Shown here: positions 30,539-40,091 of the stretch, in pieces
How the letters are laid out: every line of letters begins with the position of its first letter
How positions within the stretch are numbered: position 1 is the stretch's first letter
IMG/VR virus record: IMGVR_UViG_3300025133_000019
Source: a virus
Taxonomy: Duplodnaviria > Heunggongvirae > Uroviricota > Caudoviricetes
DNA: 64,000 nt
Strand: one strand, 5' to 3'
Program-made: the position numbers and the translations under genes
The notes under the pieces: model-generated
The model's database searches: none
What the model was told of the DNA's origin: nothing
Seen by the model: the letters and a program-made list of their open reading frames with translations, nothing else

Positions 30539-31758
30539 GATCTTTATTTTTTACGGGGACGCAGTTCGGGGATGAGGGAAAAGGGAGAATTGTAGACCTT
30601 ATTTGTTCCTTGTTTCATACTATAGGAGTTAGGTTTCAGGGCGGGGCCAATGCTGGACATACTATTTGTTTTCAGGGAAAGAAGTATGTGGTTCACCAGT
30701 TGCCTTCGAGTTGTTTATCTCCAGGTAGTATAAGTATTATTGGTAACGGTTGTGTGGTAGATCCTTGTGCTTTGCTGGAAGAGATATCTGATCTGAGAAG
30801 GATGGGGATAAACTTGTCACCTCAGAATGTTTTGATTAGCGAGAGAGCCCACATAGTAACTCCTTATCATATAGCTAGAGACGTATTAAGGTGTAAGGAC
30901 GAATTTGGTACTACTTCTAAGGGCATAGGGCCTTGTTATGAGTCTAAGTATCGAAGAGAAGGCTTAAGGTTCCTGGATCTATTCTCTCTTGTGCTAAATA
31001 GAGATGAGATCGAAAAAAGATTGAGAGTTACAGACGAGGAAAGAGAGTATGTGGATAACAATTTGTCCTGGGAGAAATTTCGGGTCAGCGTTTTATCGGT
31101 CCTTTCGTATGTCAAGGATATTCGCCCGGTACTATTAAAAGCTGTTAATGAGGGTACTTGGCAAATAGTTTTTGAAGGTGCTCAGGGCCATGGATTGGAT
31201 ATTGATCATGGGGATTACCCTAATATCAGTACTTCTAATAGTTCTATTGGAGGAGCTTTTACAGGTACAGGTGTCTTCATCCCTTTCAAATATAGGGTAG
31301 GGATATTGAAAGCCTATTCTACACGGGTAGGAGTCGGAAACTTTGTGATGGGGGAGGTATTTCCCTTTGAAAAAGAATTACAAGAGAAGGGTCAAGAATT
31401 CGGGGCTACTACAGGAAGACCTAGATCATGTGGATGGCTAGATTGCGATCAAATAAGGGATTCAATTATAGCTAGCGGTCTCAATTCTCTGGTGCTTACT
31501 AAACTAGATATATTGTCTGGATTCCCGTATGTGGGTATGAACGTTGGGTATCACGATAATAACCCTGTTATAAAAACAATGGAAGGGTGGGATGAGGATA
31601 TCTCTGGAATAACAGATTTTGATAGTCTTCCCCAGTCTTGTAAAGCGTTTATTCAGGAACTGGAAACTCAGGTAAGGGTTCCTGTGGGTCTTATAAGCAC
31701 TGGGCCTAACAGGGAAGACTTTATCCTTAGAGACAAAGGATTGATGGGGAAGCCATGA
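30535..31758 (+). CDS. purA: Adenylosuccinate synthetase (canonical PurA, not PurZ)
   Basis: QFGDEGKG; FQGGANAGHT; GTTSKGIGP; EGAQG; EFGATTGRPR; TKLD. Confidence 0.93.
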   Translation: MRSLFFTGTQFGDEGKGRIVDLICSLFHTIGVRFQGGANAGHTICFQGKKYVVHQLPSSCLSPGSISIIGNGCVVDPCALLEEISDLRRMGINLSPQNVLISERAHIVTPYHIARDVLRCKDEFGTTSKGIGPCYESKYRREGLRFLDLFSLVLNRDEIEKRLRVTDEEREYVDNNLSWEKFRVSVLSVLSYVKDIRPVLLKAVNEGTWQIVFEGAQGHGLDIDHGDYPNISTSNSSIGGAFTGTGVFIPFKYRVGILKAYSTRVGVGNFVMGEVFPFEKELQEKGQEFGATTGRPRSCGWLDCDQIRDSIIASGLNSLVLTKLDILSGFPYVGMNVGYHDNNPVIKTMEGWDEDISGITDFDSLPQSCKAFIQELETQVRVPVGLISTGPNREDFILRDKGLMGKP

Positions 31759-32099
31759 AACTTTATATTGTAGCTGAAATTCTAAATTACGAGGTTATAA
31801 AAGACAGGGACTTGGATACTACGGTGTATGCTAAAAAAGGGTCTCCTGAAAATTTTGGAGTCTTGGTATGTGGTTCTTCAGGACGTACAGTAGGGATAGC
31901 TTTTCAGATACCATTTGAATCTGGAAGAGTTTTGAACATAGACACTGACTATAAAGAGTGTTTAGCAGTTATCTCCAATAACTATGACTTGCATCTTTTA
32001 TACGGGCAGGGGGTGCTTCTAGGACATTTCAGCTTTGTTCTGGGAGAGCCAGAAGACGTGATAACCAAATGTAAATTTGATCCTACGTTCTCAGTCTGA
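31755..32099 (+). CDS. Hypothetical protein
   Basis: 114-aa ORF, ATGA coupling. Confidence 0.5.
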   Translation: MKLYIVAEILNYEVIKDRDLDTTVYAKKGSPENFGVLVCGSSGRTVGIAFQIPFESGRVLNIDTDYKECLAVISNNYDLHLLYGQGVLLGHFSFVLGEPEDVITKCKFDPTFSV

Positions 32100-32285
32100 T
32101 TCTTTGTCTTTGTAGTCTGTGCAGTAAAAGCCTTCGCCTTTAAAGTGAATTGGCACACTATTGAACTTTTTCTTCATGTCCGAATCGCAGCTCTCGCACT
32201 TAATTTGGGTGCCCGATTGAGACATCTCTAATAGAAGCTCTTTGGATTCTTCGCAGTTTTCACAATTGAATTCATATACTGGCAT
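32091..32285 (-). CDS. FmdB-family zinc-ribbon protein
   Basis: MPVYEFNCENC...CESC...FKGEGFYCTDY. Confidence 0.88.
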   Translation of the reverse strand: MPVYEFNCENCEESKELLLEMSQSGTQIKCESCDSDMKKKFNSVPIHFKGEGFYCTDYKDKESD

Positions 32286-32605
32286 TACAGACTCTCACAT
32301 AACATTAGAAATTTAGAACCAAATATGCTAAAATCGTTTTTTATTTTATCCTTATTCAGTTCCCACGTTTTTTGTACCGGGTAATTGTCGATAGCTTGTT
32401 TTAGCTTGCTATATTGTGTAATAGCTTCTTCTTCAGTGTCTAAATCATACAACATTTCTAAGGTATCTTCAAGTATAACATGGATATCGGAGACATTGTT
32501 CTCGGTATCTCCAAGTATTTTGAAGTATTTTTCTAGGGTATCTGGAAACGAGGCACAGTGCCTACTTATTTCAACTATTCTGGAAATTACGCTGTCTCTA
32601 TCCAT
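32285..32605 (-). CDS. Hypothetical protein
   Basis: 106-aa ORF, TAATG coupling. Confidence 0.55.
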   Translation of the reverse strand: MDRDSVISRIVEISRHCASFPDTLEKYFKILGDTENNVSDIHVILEDTLEMLYDLDTEEEAITQYSKLKQAIDNYPVQKTWELNKDKIKNDFSIFGSKFLMLCESL

Positions 32606-32705
32606 TCTATACTGTGTTTATATTAAATAAGAATTCAGGTAATTGTTTGATATAAATTTAGTTTGTAGGCGTTTTACCACATAAAGCGTATTAAAAGGAT
32701 TAATA

Positions 32706-32930
32706 ATGCCTAATAGAGGCCAATTAGAGAGTTTAGCGGAAGAATTTGACGTTAGTTTATCGACGGTAAAAAAGTACGAAGAGCAAGCCGAGGATTCTGT
32801 TGGATACGATGAAGAAGACCCTAAATTCCATGGAACAGTCTATAACATTATAAAAAATAAGCTCCATAAAAATAAATTGGAGTCTTCTTTACAAAGGTTT
32901 ATCTCAGGGGTTTTTAAATGTCAGTTTTAA
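32706..32930 (+). CDS. Small hypothetical protein (possible HTH)
   Basis: LESLAEEFDVSLSTVKKY; AAGGA RBS. Confidence 0.45.
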   Translation: MPNRGQLESLAEEFDVSLSTVKKYEEQAEDSVGYDEEDPKFHGTVYNIIKNKLHKNKLESSLQRFISGVFKCQF

Positions 32931-33250
32931 TAGTTAGTTGTGATGCAGTGTTGAGAGAGGAAATTGCTGAGTGTCTGAGCGGTACAAGCGAGAGTGTTTT
33001 TGAGGCAGAGGATAGTTTTTCAGCCATAGTTTTAGCGGAGAGAGTGCTACCAGCCACGGTTTTTATTGATATAGCACTGCCCTTTTCTGGACTGTCGTCC
33101 TTTAAAAAGGAACTGAAGAGAGTTAGTCCAGAATGTAAAGTAGTAGCTATATGTTCCAAATATACCATCTGCAAGACTATTTTCGGAGAAAATAGTACAA
33201 TATACAAACCAGTAGTAGAGTTAGATGTTTTGCATGCCGTTGGATGTTAA
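32918..33250 (+). CDS. Stand-alone receiver-domain protein (partly degenerate)
   Basis: VLIVSCD; VFIDIALP; VVAIC; IYKP. Confidence 0.7.
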   Translation: MSVLIVSCDAVLREEIAECLSGTSESVFEAEDSFSAIVLAERVLPATVFIDIALPFSGLSSFKKELKRVSPECKVVAICSKYTICKTIFGENSTIYKPVVELDVLHAVGC

Positions 33251-33615
33251 AATTTTATCCTTTAAATATCAAAAAAGAGTGGTTTAATTCTTCAAACCAT
33301 AAAGCTACCGTAGTCAATCCAGATCAAAAAGTATTTACAATATCAGAATTTGTATCACTTGTGTTTTCTAAGATTGACGGTGTTGATCTAGAAGACGCTA
33401 AGGGGATAGCGATATTCACTTTAGACATAGAAAGTTTAATGTTTACTAAACTTATAAGCTTTAAGGGAAACGAAGAAGAAATCACAGATGATGTAGTAAT
33501 AGCGTGTGTTTGTGGGTTATGTTTCCAGCCTGACTTAGCAATGAACAAGACAGATCTTGTTGAAGCTGTTTATATTGAAGCTCTCAACTACTCTAAAATT
33601 TCAAAGGATTCTTAA
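33244..33615 (+). CDS. Hypothetical protein
   Basis: 123-aa ORF. Confidence 0.5.
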   Translation: MLKFYPLNIKKEWFNSSNHKATVVNPDQKVFTISEFVSLVFSKIDGVDLEDAKGIAIFTLDIESLMFTKLISFKGNEEEITDDVVIACVCGLCFQPDLAMNKTDLVEAVYIEALNYSKISKDS

Positions 33616-34505
33616 ATTTAGCCAGCGACTTAACACTGTCTTCAATGAAATATAAGTCTAGGTCTTCTATTTCTTGGTCAGTGGCAAATTTGAATGCTTG
33701 AGCATAAATTTTAGCGGGGACCCCTTTTATATCGAAAGAATTGTCTTCAAATCTTTCGACAAAAAATTTAGAGTTACCCAGAGCCTCCAGAACAAACTTT
33801 TTAACCTTAACATGTTTCCACAGGAATTCAGAGTTTTTAAGCTAGCTGTTATATCATCAGGGCATATACGGCTTCCTGTTATTACTAACTCATCGCTACT
33901 AGTGGATATAAATTCGTAGTCTTGGATTCCCAATTCATTTTTGAGGAGACTCATAAGTTCTCCTATAATGAATTTTTGCACCGTTTGCTGTCTTTTTGGG
34001 TTCAGGTTTCCGTAGATTATCTGGCGCTTTTTCTTGCAGAGTAAGAAGTACTCAGAGTCAGTAAATTTTCTAACCAAGTCTTCGTAATAGTCTATACCAT
34101 CTCCATAAATGTCTGGGACAATATACTTCATAGATACGAAGTTAGCTTTGCATAGGTCTAGCTCGATAAAAGTTTTACCCGAGTTGGTTGCGTTATATAC
34201 ATTATTTTTTGGACTTGAATTGGGAAAGTTAGATGCCCCATGTCAAAGTCTCGAAACTTAATATATCCGTCACTCTCACTTATGGATTTTATAATTTCTT
34301 TCTCTATTTCAATTAGATGTCCGAAGAAGTTTTCAGTAGTAGGGAATGCAGAGGATTCTTGGCGAAGAATCTCTAGCCTCTCTGAGATCTGAAAATGTTG
34401 GTCGTACAAATTTAAGAGGTGTGTCAAATAAGGGTCATCAAAAATTTGTATAGGAATACTAAAGTTTTTACAGAAAGTTCTAAGACAAGATTTGGAAAGT
34501 CCCAT
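33593..34505 (-). pseudogene. Single gene broken by two -1 frameshifts; polymerase-palm-like motifs
   Basis: Joining three frames gives a continuous protein: MGLSK...FIELDLCKANF...RQIIYGNL...STSSDELVI...KKFVLE...DIKGVP...KNPLKF*. Confidence 0.7.
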
Positions 34506-34511
34506 CTCTTT

Positions 34512-34540
34512 ATTATAAAGGAGAGGAATTAATTTTGCAA
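34512..34540 (-). promoter_or_regulatory. Sigma70-type promoter, leaderless
   Basis: TTGCAA-17-TATAAT-6 nt-ATG (34505). Confidence 0.65.
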
Positions 34541-34963
34541 ATCTTTTAACCAAGCGCTGAACCTGAAGAATTTTATGTATATTATTCTTAAGGTTTCGTC
34601 AGTAAAGAGATCGGTCTCAGATTTGGATAAATCTTCTAAGAAGTCTCTTTTCCAAGTATAGAAGGATTTTTCCTCGTGATCTTTAATTAGCTTGTCAAAT
34701 TCGTCTTCCGTGCCTTCTACTAACTGGAATAGCTGGTCTAACATTTCCGCTTGCGTGGTGGGACCAGGAATTTTAAGGGGGTTGTTCTTACCTGTAATGT
34801 AGTTTTGAATATGGGTTTCTGAATACAGATATTTCTTAGGGCTTGGTTCAAAGCACTTTATCCTGCCTTCTTTTCTGAGCTGACTTATTCTTGAATATGA
34901 TAAATCAAGCTTCTCTGAAACCTCTTTGGTAGTGTAGTATATTTCGTTATTTAACTCTATCAT
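34529..34963 (-). CDS. Excisionase/MerR-type HTH protein
   Basis: YYTTKEVSEKLDLSYSRISQLRKEGRI. Confidence 0.7.
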   Translation of the reverse strand: MIELNNEIYYTTKEVSEKLDLSYSRISQLRKEGRIKCFEPSPKKYLYSETHIQNYITGKNNPLKIPGPTTQAEMLDQLFQLVEGTEDEFDKLIKDHEEKSFYTWKRDFLEDLSKSETDLFTDETLRIIYIKFFRFSAWLKDLQN

Positions 34964-35052
34964 CTATCTTAAACTGATAAAAACTAATTAAAACTTCCGG
35001 AAACTAAAAAAATACGTTATAATAGAATAGAAAACAAATAAAAGGAGAAGCT

Positions 35053-36426
35053 ATGAGTTCGGTGATTAAAAGTTTACTACATACTGATTTTTATCAGTTG
35101 TCAATGGTATGGGCATACATACTAACGGATAATAAGGCAAATGAATATACCGGGTTTGAAGGGTTTTGTAGGGATGTAAAACCGGAAGTGGGTCCTGAGG
35201 GTTATTATTTATTTGGAGGGTCCGAGCAGCTTTCTAGTTTTATTAAGCTGGTTAAAGGGGAAATTCATAGCGGTAGGATTAGAGACCGTTTGATAGAATT
35301 GGTACTTCCCAAGGTGAGAGAAGATTTAAGGGAAGCTCAGAAACAAGAAGTTTTGAGGAAATGGGATTCATTAGACATGATTTTTGATGTTTTTATTTAC
35401 CCAGAAAACAAGAAGGTAGTTCCTCATGTACCTGTTGTTCAGTATGCCGGACCTAGATGGATAGGTCAATTACTGGAAACTCCTATTCTAAACATTATTA
35501 ATGGGGCAACGGGCTTAAATACCCAGAAACATTTTGACAAAGGAAATCTTGATAAATTGACAATGCTGGAAGCCATTGTGTTTCCAGAGGATAACAGTGA
35601 CGATTTATATATGGGTCATCACATAGCCTTTCAAACTGAACTTGGTAAACGTGCCCGAGAATACAGGTCAGCAACTAAATCCATTCTCTTGGAAGCAGGT
35701 CTCCGAAGAGCCCCTAGCTTCAACACTTCGTTATTTGCTTCTGGGGAAGCTCTTCATAAAGGCTGGGATGGGACTAGTAATGTAGCTTGTATAGATATTT
35801 TGGGAACTGATCCAAGTAATGTCGGGGGGACAATGGCTCATGCTTTTGTCATGAGCTTTGAGACTGAACTAGAGTCTTTTAAGGCTTGGGATAAAATCTT
35901 TCCTGGATCTACAATTTTGATTGATACCTATGATGTGGTCAATGCTGCTAACATGCTAGTGGAACACAACATAAAGCCCAATGATGTTAGAATCGACAGC
36001 GATCCTCTTGATGGGTATGCTTTTCAGGTTAGAGAGGTGTTCAATAAGGCTGGGTGGGGCGACGTAGGTATCTTCTTATCCGGAGATTTAACTCCAGAAA
36101 CCCTTAGAGATTATGAATCTAGAGGAGTTCCGTTTACAAAATGTATGGCTGGCTCTAAGTACTTGAATAATGGGTACGGACGATTTTGTAACTGTGGTTT
36201 TGTATATAAAATCGTGGAGTATGAAGATTCTAGTGGTAAGATGATCTACCCACAGAAAAAATCTACGGGGAAAAAGAGTTACCCAGGACTAAAAGGTTTT
36301 AGACCTAGCCTCACTTCTAATGAAGTAAGAGTTGTGGTGGAACCTAGGTTGTTTGACCGGGTAGATACCTTAGGTGGTAGTGTGGACAATGACACGGTTT
36401 TTGTGATAGTTGAAGGTGTTGAATGA
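35053..36426 (+). CDS. pncB: Nicotinate phosphoribosyltransferase (PncB-type)
   Basis: TDFYQLSM; EAGLRRA; GTSNV; GTMAH; LIDTYD; VRIDS; SGDL; VYKIVE. Confidence 0.82.
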   Translation: MSSVIKSLLHTDFYQLSMVWAYILTDNKANEYTGFEGFCRDVKPEVGPEGYYLFGGSEQLSSFIKLVKGEIHSGRIRDRLIELVLPKVREDLREAQKQEVLRKWDSLDMIFDVFIYPENKKVVPHVPVVQYAGPRWIGQLLETPILNIINGATGLNTQKHFDKGNLDKLTMLEAIVFPEDNSDDLYMGHHIAFQTELGKRAREYRSATKSILLEAGLRRAPSFNTSLFASGEALHKGWDGTSNVACIDILGTDPSNVGGTMAHAFVMSFETELESFKAWDKIFPGSTILIDTYDVVNAANMLVEHNIKPNDVRIDSDPLDGYAFQVREVFNKAGWGDVGIFLSGDLTPETLRDYESRGVPFTKCMAGSKYLNNGYGRFCNCGFVYKIVEYEDSSGKMIYPQKKSTGKKSYPGLKGFRPSLTSNEVRVVVEPRLFDRVDTLGGSVDNDTVFVIVEGVE

Positions 36427-36971
36427 AAATAGGATTAGCAGTAATTAGGGCTCAGCCCTTTCATAATGGGCATTTGGCTCTTGTCAATAAAATGTTGTCA
36501 TCTATGGACCTTGTTGAAATAGGGTTGGGGTCTTCACAAGAAAGTGGCACTATTCAGAACCCCTGGACATATGATCAGAGAGAGGAGATGCTAACGAAGA
36601 TTTTCGGGTCTAGCTCTAAGATAAAGATATTTCCTATGGAGGATTTGGGTCATAGTGATGAAACCCCATGGCCAGAGTTTGTGTTAAAGAATGTATCGGA
36701 CCATGGCATGCCTAGGCCCACTCATTATTTTGCGGGAACTAGATTTGATGCCTGTTGGTATGAAGTATATGCCAGGAAGAGCGGGGATCTCCAGATAGAA
36801 ATCTTAGATAGGTTACAAGATCCAGTAAGAGCCACAGAAGTTAGAAAAATGCTTCTGATTCAGGAAACGTTGCCAGAATATAGTGGTCAATGGAAAAAGC
36901 ATGTTCCCGAAGTTATCCACTCCTTTGTAGAGTCTAATTTTCCTAGAAAAGAGATTAATTTCAAGATTTAG
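36423..36971 (+). CDS. NadM-like NMN/NaMN adenylyltransferase
   Basis: RAQPFHNGH; GSSQES...NPWTYDQREEM; ATEVR. Confidence 0.88.
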   Translation: MKIGLAVIRAQPFHNGHLALVNKMLSSMDLVEIGLGSSQESGTIQNPWTYDQREEMLTKIFGSSSKIKIFPMEDLGHSDETPWPEFVLKNVSDHGMPRPTHYFAGTRFDACWYEVYARKSGDLQIEILDRLQDPVRATEVRKMLLIQETLPEYSGQWKKHVPEVIHSFVESNFPRKEINFKI

Positions 36972-37006
36972 CCCACATTGTAATCTTTTAATATGAAGTT
37001 GTTTTT

Positions 37007-37393
37007 ATGACTGATTTTGAAGATTTAATTAACAAAATGGCTGTTCTAACTGAAGAGTTGGAAGGCATTTCAGAAGAGCCCGTAGAGATAACTAAAGAAC
37101 AGAAAGAAAGGGCAGAAGAGGTTAATAGGACTGTCAATCATGATTCTATCTATCTAAAAAATTCCTGGAAGGACGTTTTACAGCTTTGGCAAACCCAGAT
37201 AAGAGAAATCTCTGAGTTTATGAAAGAACTAGAGAGTGGATCATGGGATTCTAAAGGAGACCCGGTAAAATATTTTGACGGAGTGGTGTCTTTAAATAAG
37301 ATGTCTACTAAGCTTGGAATAATGAGGTCTGCCGTGGATACTTTTCACGAGTCAAGAAAGGAGAAGGGAGAAATAGAAGATGATATTAGATGA
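37007..37393 (+). CDS. Hypothetical protein
   Basis: 128-aa ORF. Confidence 0.55.
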   Translation: MTDFEDLINKMAVLTEELEGISEEPVEITKEQKERAEEVNRTVNHDSIYLKNSWKDVLQLWQTQIREISEFMKELESGSWDSKGDPVKYFDGVVSLNKMSTKLGIMRSAVDTFHESRKEKGEIEDDIR

Positions 37394-37724
37394 TGTGTTT
37401 ATTCAAGAATATCAAAAGAAATTACAGGCCACAGCTTCGCTATGCCAGAGATTTATAAAAGATTTTTCGGGCCACCCTTATAAAGCTTCTTTACTTAAGG
37501 ACACTATAAGAGAGAGCTTAAAAGAGGTTTCCGGTCATCAGTCCTCCTTGCCGGGTGTAAAGACTTCAGAGGATATTATTAGACAGCTCAACACTTTTCA
37601 TGTAAACTTAGCTAAAGAGAATGAAGGGAAGTATAGAGATCCTAAGAACATGAACGCTTTGCTTCAAGAAATTTCGGATTTCACTACAAAACTGAGCGAC
37701 AATGTGGATAAGATTACTGAATGA
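37380..37724 (+). CDS. Hypothetical protein
   Basis: 114-aa ORF. Confidence 0.55.
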   Translation: MILDDVFIQEYQKKLQATASLCQRFIKDFSGHPYKASLLKDTIRESLKEVSGHQSSLPGVKTSEDIIRQLNTFHVNLAKENEGKYRDPKNMNALLQEISDFTTKLSDNVDKITE

Positions 37725-38475
37725 CCTTCATTTAGAAGGGGACTCGGCTACCAACAAATTCCAATTTACTCCTTTGGATACTGATCCTGATACAGTAGTA
37801 GTTTTAGCAGGGGACATACACAACGGTGCTAAAGCAGCGGAATTCATTGATACTTTCCATGAGCAAGTAAGAGCAGTTATATATGTACCAGGAAATCACG
37901 AGTACTGGAGTGTCCTATATAACGAAGCCGTCAAAGATCTCGGTAATATTGTACGGCATAATGTTCATGTCTTAAATGATGACAGTATCGAGATAGATGG
38001 AGTTCTCTTTATAGGGGGCACTCTTTGGACAGGATTGAAGGATAACAATCCCCTAGTCAAGCTTAGGGCTAGGGAGTATCCTGATTACTGCAACATCCTA
38101 ATGGAAGAGAAGGGAAAACACAGATTTATTACGCCTGACGATGTTTACGAGTGGCATATCAGAACTAGGAACTTTATTTTAGGAGAGTCTAACTGCAACT
38201 TGAATCTTAAAAAGGTAGTTGTGACTCACCATGCGCCCACACCCAAGAGCATAGGAAAGGGGTATGTTAACCATCCGTTTAATGACTTTTTTGCTAATAA
38301 TTTTGATTTAGAGAAAAACTACAGTAATGTTGATTATTGGCTTCATGGTCATATGCACGATTTTATTGATTATAAAGTGGGTAATACCCAAGTGTATTGT
38401 AATCCAAGAGGATATGTCAATTTAAACCAAAAAACAGGCTTTGACCCCGCCTTTAAATTCGAAATAAAGACTTGA
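37702..38475 (+). CDS. Calcineurin-like metallophosphoesterase
   Basis: DLH; AGDI; PGNHE; THHAP; HGHMH; NPRGY. Confidence 0.9.
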   Translation: MWIRLLNDLHLEGDSATNKFQFTPLDTDPDTVVVLAGDIHNGAKAAEFIDTFHEQVRAVIYVPGNHEYWSVLYNEAVKDLGNIVRHNVHVLNDDSIEIDGVLFIGGTLWTGLKDNNPLVKLRAREYPDYCNILMEEKGKHRFITPDDVYEWHIRTRNFILGESNCNLNLKKVVVTHHAPTPKSIGKGYVNHPFNDFFANNFDLEKNYSNVDYWLHGHMHDFIDYKVGNTQVYCNPRGYVNLNQKTGFDPAFKFEIKT

Positions 38476-38500
38476 CAGAAAAAGATTTGTATATTAACAT
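38472..38500 (+). promoter_or_regulatory. Sigma70-type promoter, leaderless
   Basis: TTGACA-17-TAACAT-6 nt-ATG (38507). Confidence 0.65.
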
Positions 38501-38506
38501 GAATAC

Positions 38507-39865
38507 ATGTTAAAAACAGAAGTTAGCTATACTGCACAGCAAGAAGACCTCTATTCCAGAGAGTTTTCTGAGTTTGTTAAGAAGATTCCTTCGCATGAAG
38601 TAGGCCCTACTTCTAAAATAAGCTCTTATCCTAGGTACATAGAAGATGAGTATGCACAGCGATACCCTCTTTTATTTGAGATTGTAACTGGATCTAGGTT
38701 ATACGTAACCATACCGAGAGTTCTGATTATGATTACCGGGGATGCTTCCTAGAGAGTAACCTAGACTTAATCAGTGGGGATTCCTATAAAGAGCACTTAC
38801 AAAACAAGCAAGGAGACCTAGATATTGAGTATTACGGTCTGGGTAAACTCAAGAAGCTTTTGCTATCTAGTAACCCAAATTCCCAGGAGCTTCTTTTTGC
38901 TCCTTTTTGAGTCTTACACATATTTGAGCCCCAAGGGACTCTACTTGAAGTCTAATAGAAGGCTTTTTTTGACCAGGAAGCCTATTTATCATTCTTATAA
39001 AGGATACGCTGAAAGCCAGATGAAAAGAATTGTTAATCATAACGTATGGTTGAACAAGTTCCCTGATATTCACAAGTTTGTTGAGACGCTAAGAAAAGCT
39101 TACGAATCCGGTATAATATCTGAGATCTGGCTTAAAGATTATACTTCTGGTAGCTTGTTGTTTCATATCACAGGTCAAAAATCTAATAAAGGCAAAAGGT
39201 CTGAGCAAGACAGGGTCTCTGTTGAAGAGATGTCGAGGCTTTTCGACAGCAACGAGGATTTTAGCAAATACCTTTATCCTAAAGAGTATGATTATATCTT
39301 TTTGAGAGACCTGAACGCTAGTAGAATAGACAAAGAAGACCACATGGAGTTCCTTAGCACAGAGGCTTCCTATCAAGTCCTTAGTAAGGATCAATTCTTG
39401 GTCTATGAAGGAGGCACTGGAATTTTTTGTCCGGATGGGACCGTTAAAATGGAGCAGCCCAAGCCAAAAGGACCTCTCAAGTTTATTATGACTAGGGATT
39501 CCGGAGGGTTTAAAGCCGATTGTTCTATGATGGATAACCTTTATACCTGGATTTCCCAGAGAAACGAAAAAAGAGCTGCACTAGAAAAAGATTTCGGATA
39601 TGATACCAAACACGCTAGCCATTGTATAAGGCTTTTGATAACAGGTATTGAATTATTGAGGGATCTAGATTATAATCCAAAGTTATCATCTGGTAATTTA
39701 TCTTTAATAAAGGATATCAGAGCTGGGGAATTCGAGTACCAAAAGTTCATAGAATTTTACAACAGAAAAATGATAGAGTTCGAAGAAACTTTTAATAAAA
39801 GTTTGATGCCAAATAAAATTGATAACAAAAAGATAAGAGATCTTATTTTAGATTTGAGAGGCTAG
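38507..39865 (+). pseudogene. RlaP-like (Pol-beta superfamily) nucleotidyltransferase with two compensating frameshifts
   Basis: Adding one G at 38705 restores GSRLYGNHTESSDYDYRG; the middle frame gives LLLSSNPNSQELLF; removing one T at 38904-38908 rejoins the downstream ORF (YKGYAESQ; GYDTKHASHCIRL). Confidence 0.8.
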
Positions 39866-39866
39866 T

Positions 39867-40091
39867 ATGACTACCAAGAGAAATATTATTGACAAAGCAC
39901 ATGAAATAGGACTTCAGGCTGTATGTTGGGGTGACGGGGATAAGGTAGGAGTCACGTTAGATCCAGATTCAGGCTGGTATGCTATACCAGCAGAAGAGTT
40001 TAAAGGCTTGACTGATAAAATGGTAGAGAGGGAATTGCGTAAGATAAAAGCAGACCTAGCTTCCAGAATTTCAAATTTTATTTACTTCTAG
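39867..40091 (+). CDS. Hypothetical protein
   Basis: 74-aa ORF, GAGG RBS. Confidence 0.5.
   Translation: MTTKRNIIDKAHEIGLQAVCWGDGDKVGVTLDPDSGWYAIPAEEFKGLTDKMVERELRKIKADLASRISNFIYF

Noticed and set aside
30535-31758. PurZ / Z-genome (2-aminoadenine) pathway
   Set aside because: The catalytic motif is GDEGKG (Asp, PurA) rather than GSTGKG, the GATTGR loop is canonical, and no dATPase/MazZ-like genes are adjacent
33834-34240. Programmed -1 ribosomal frameshifting in the palm-like gene
   Set aside because: No canonical X XXY YYZ heptamer in the correct frame at either site; an indel is more parsimonious
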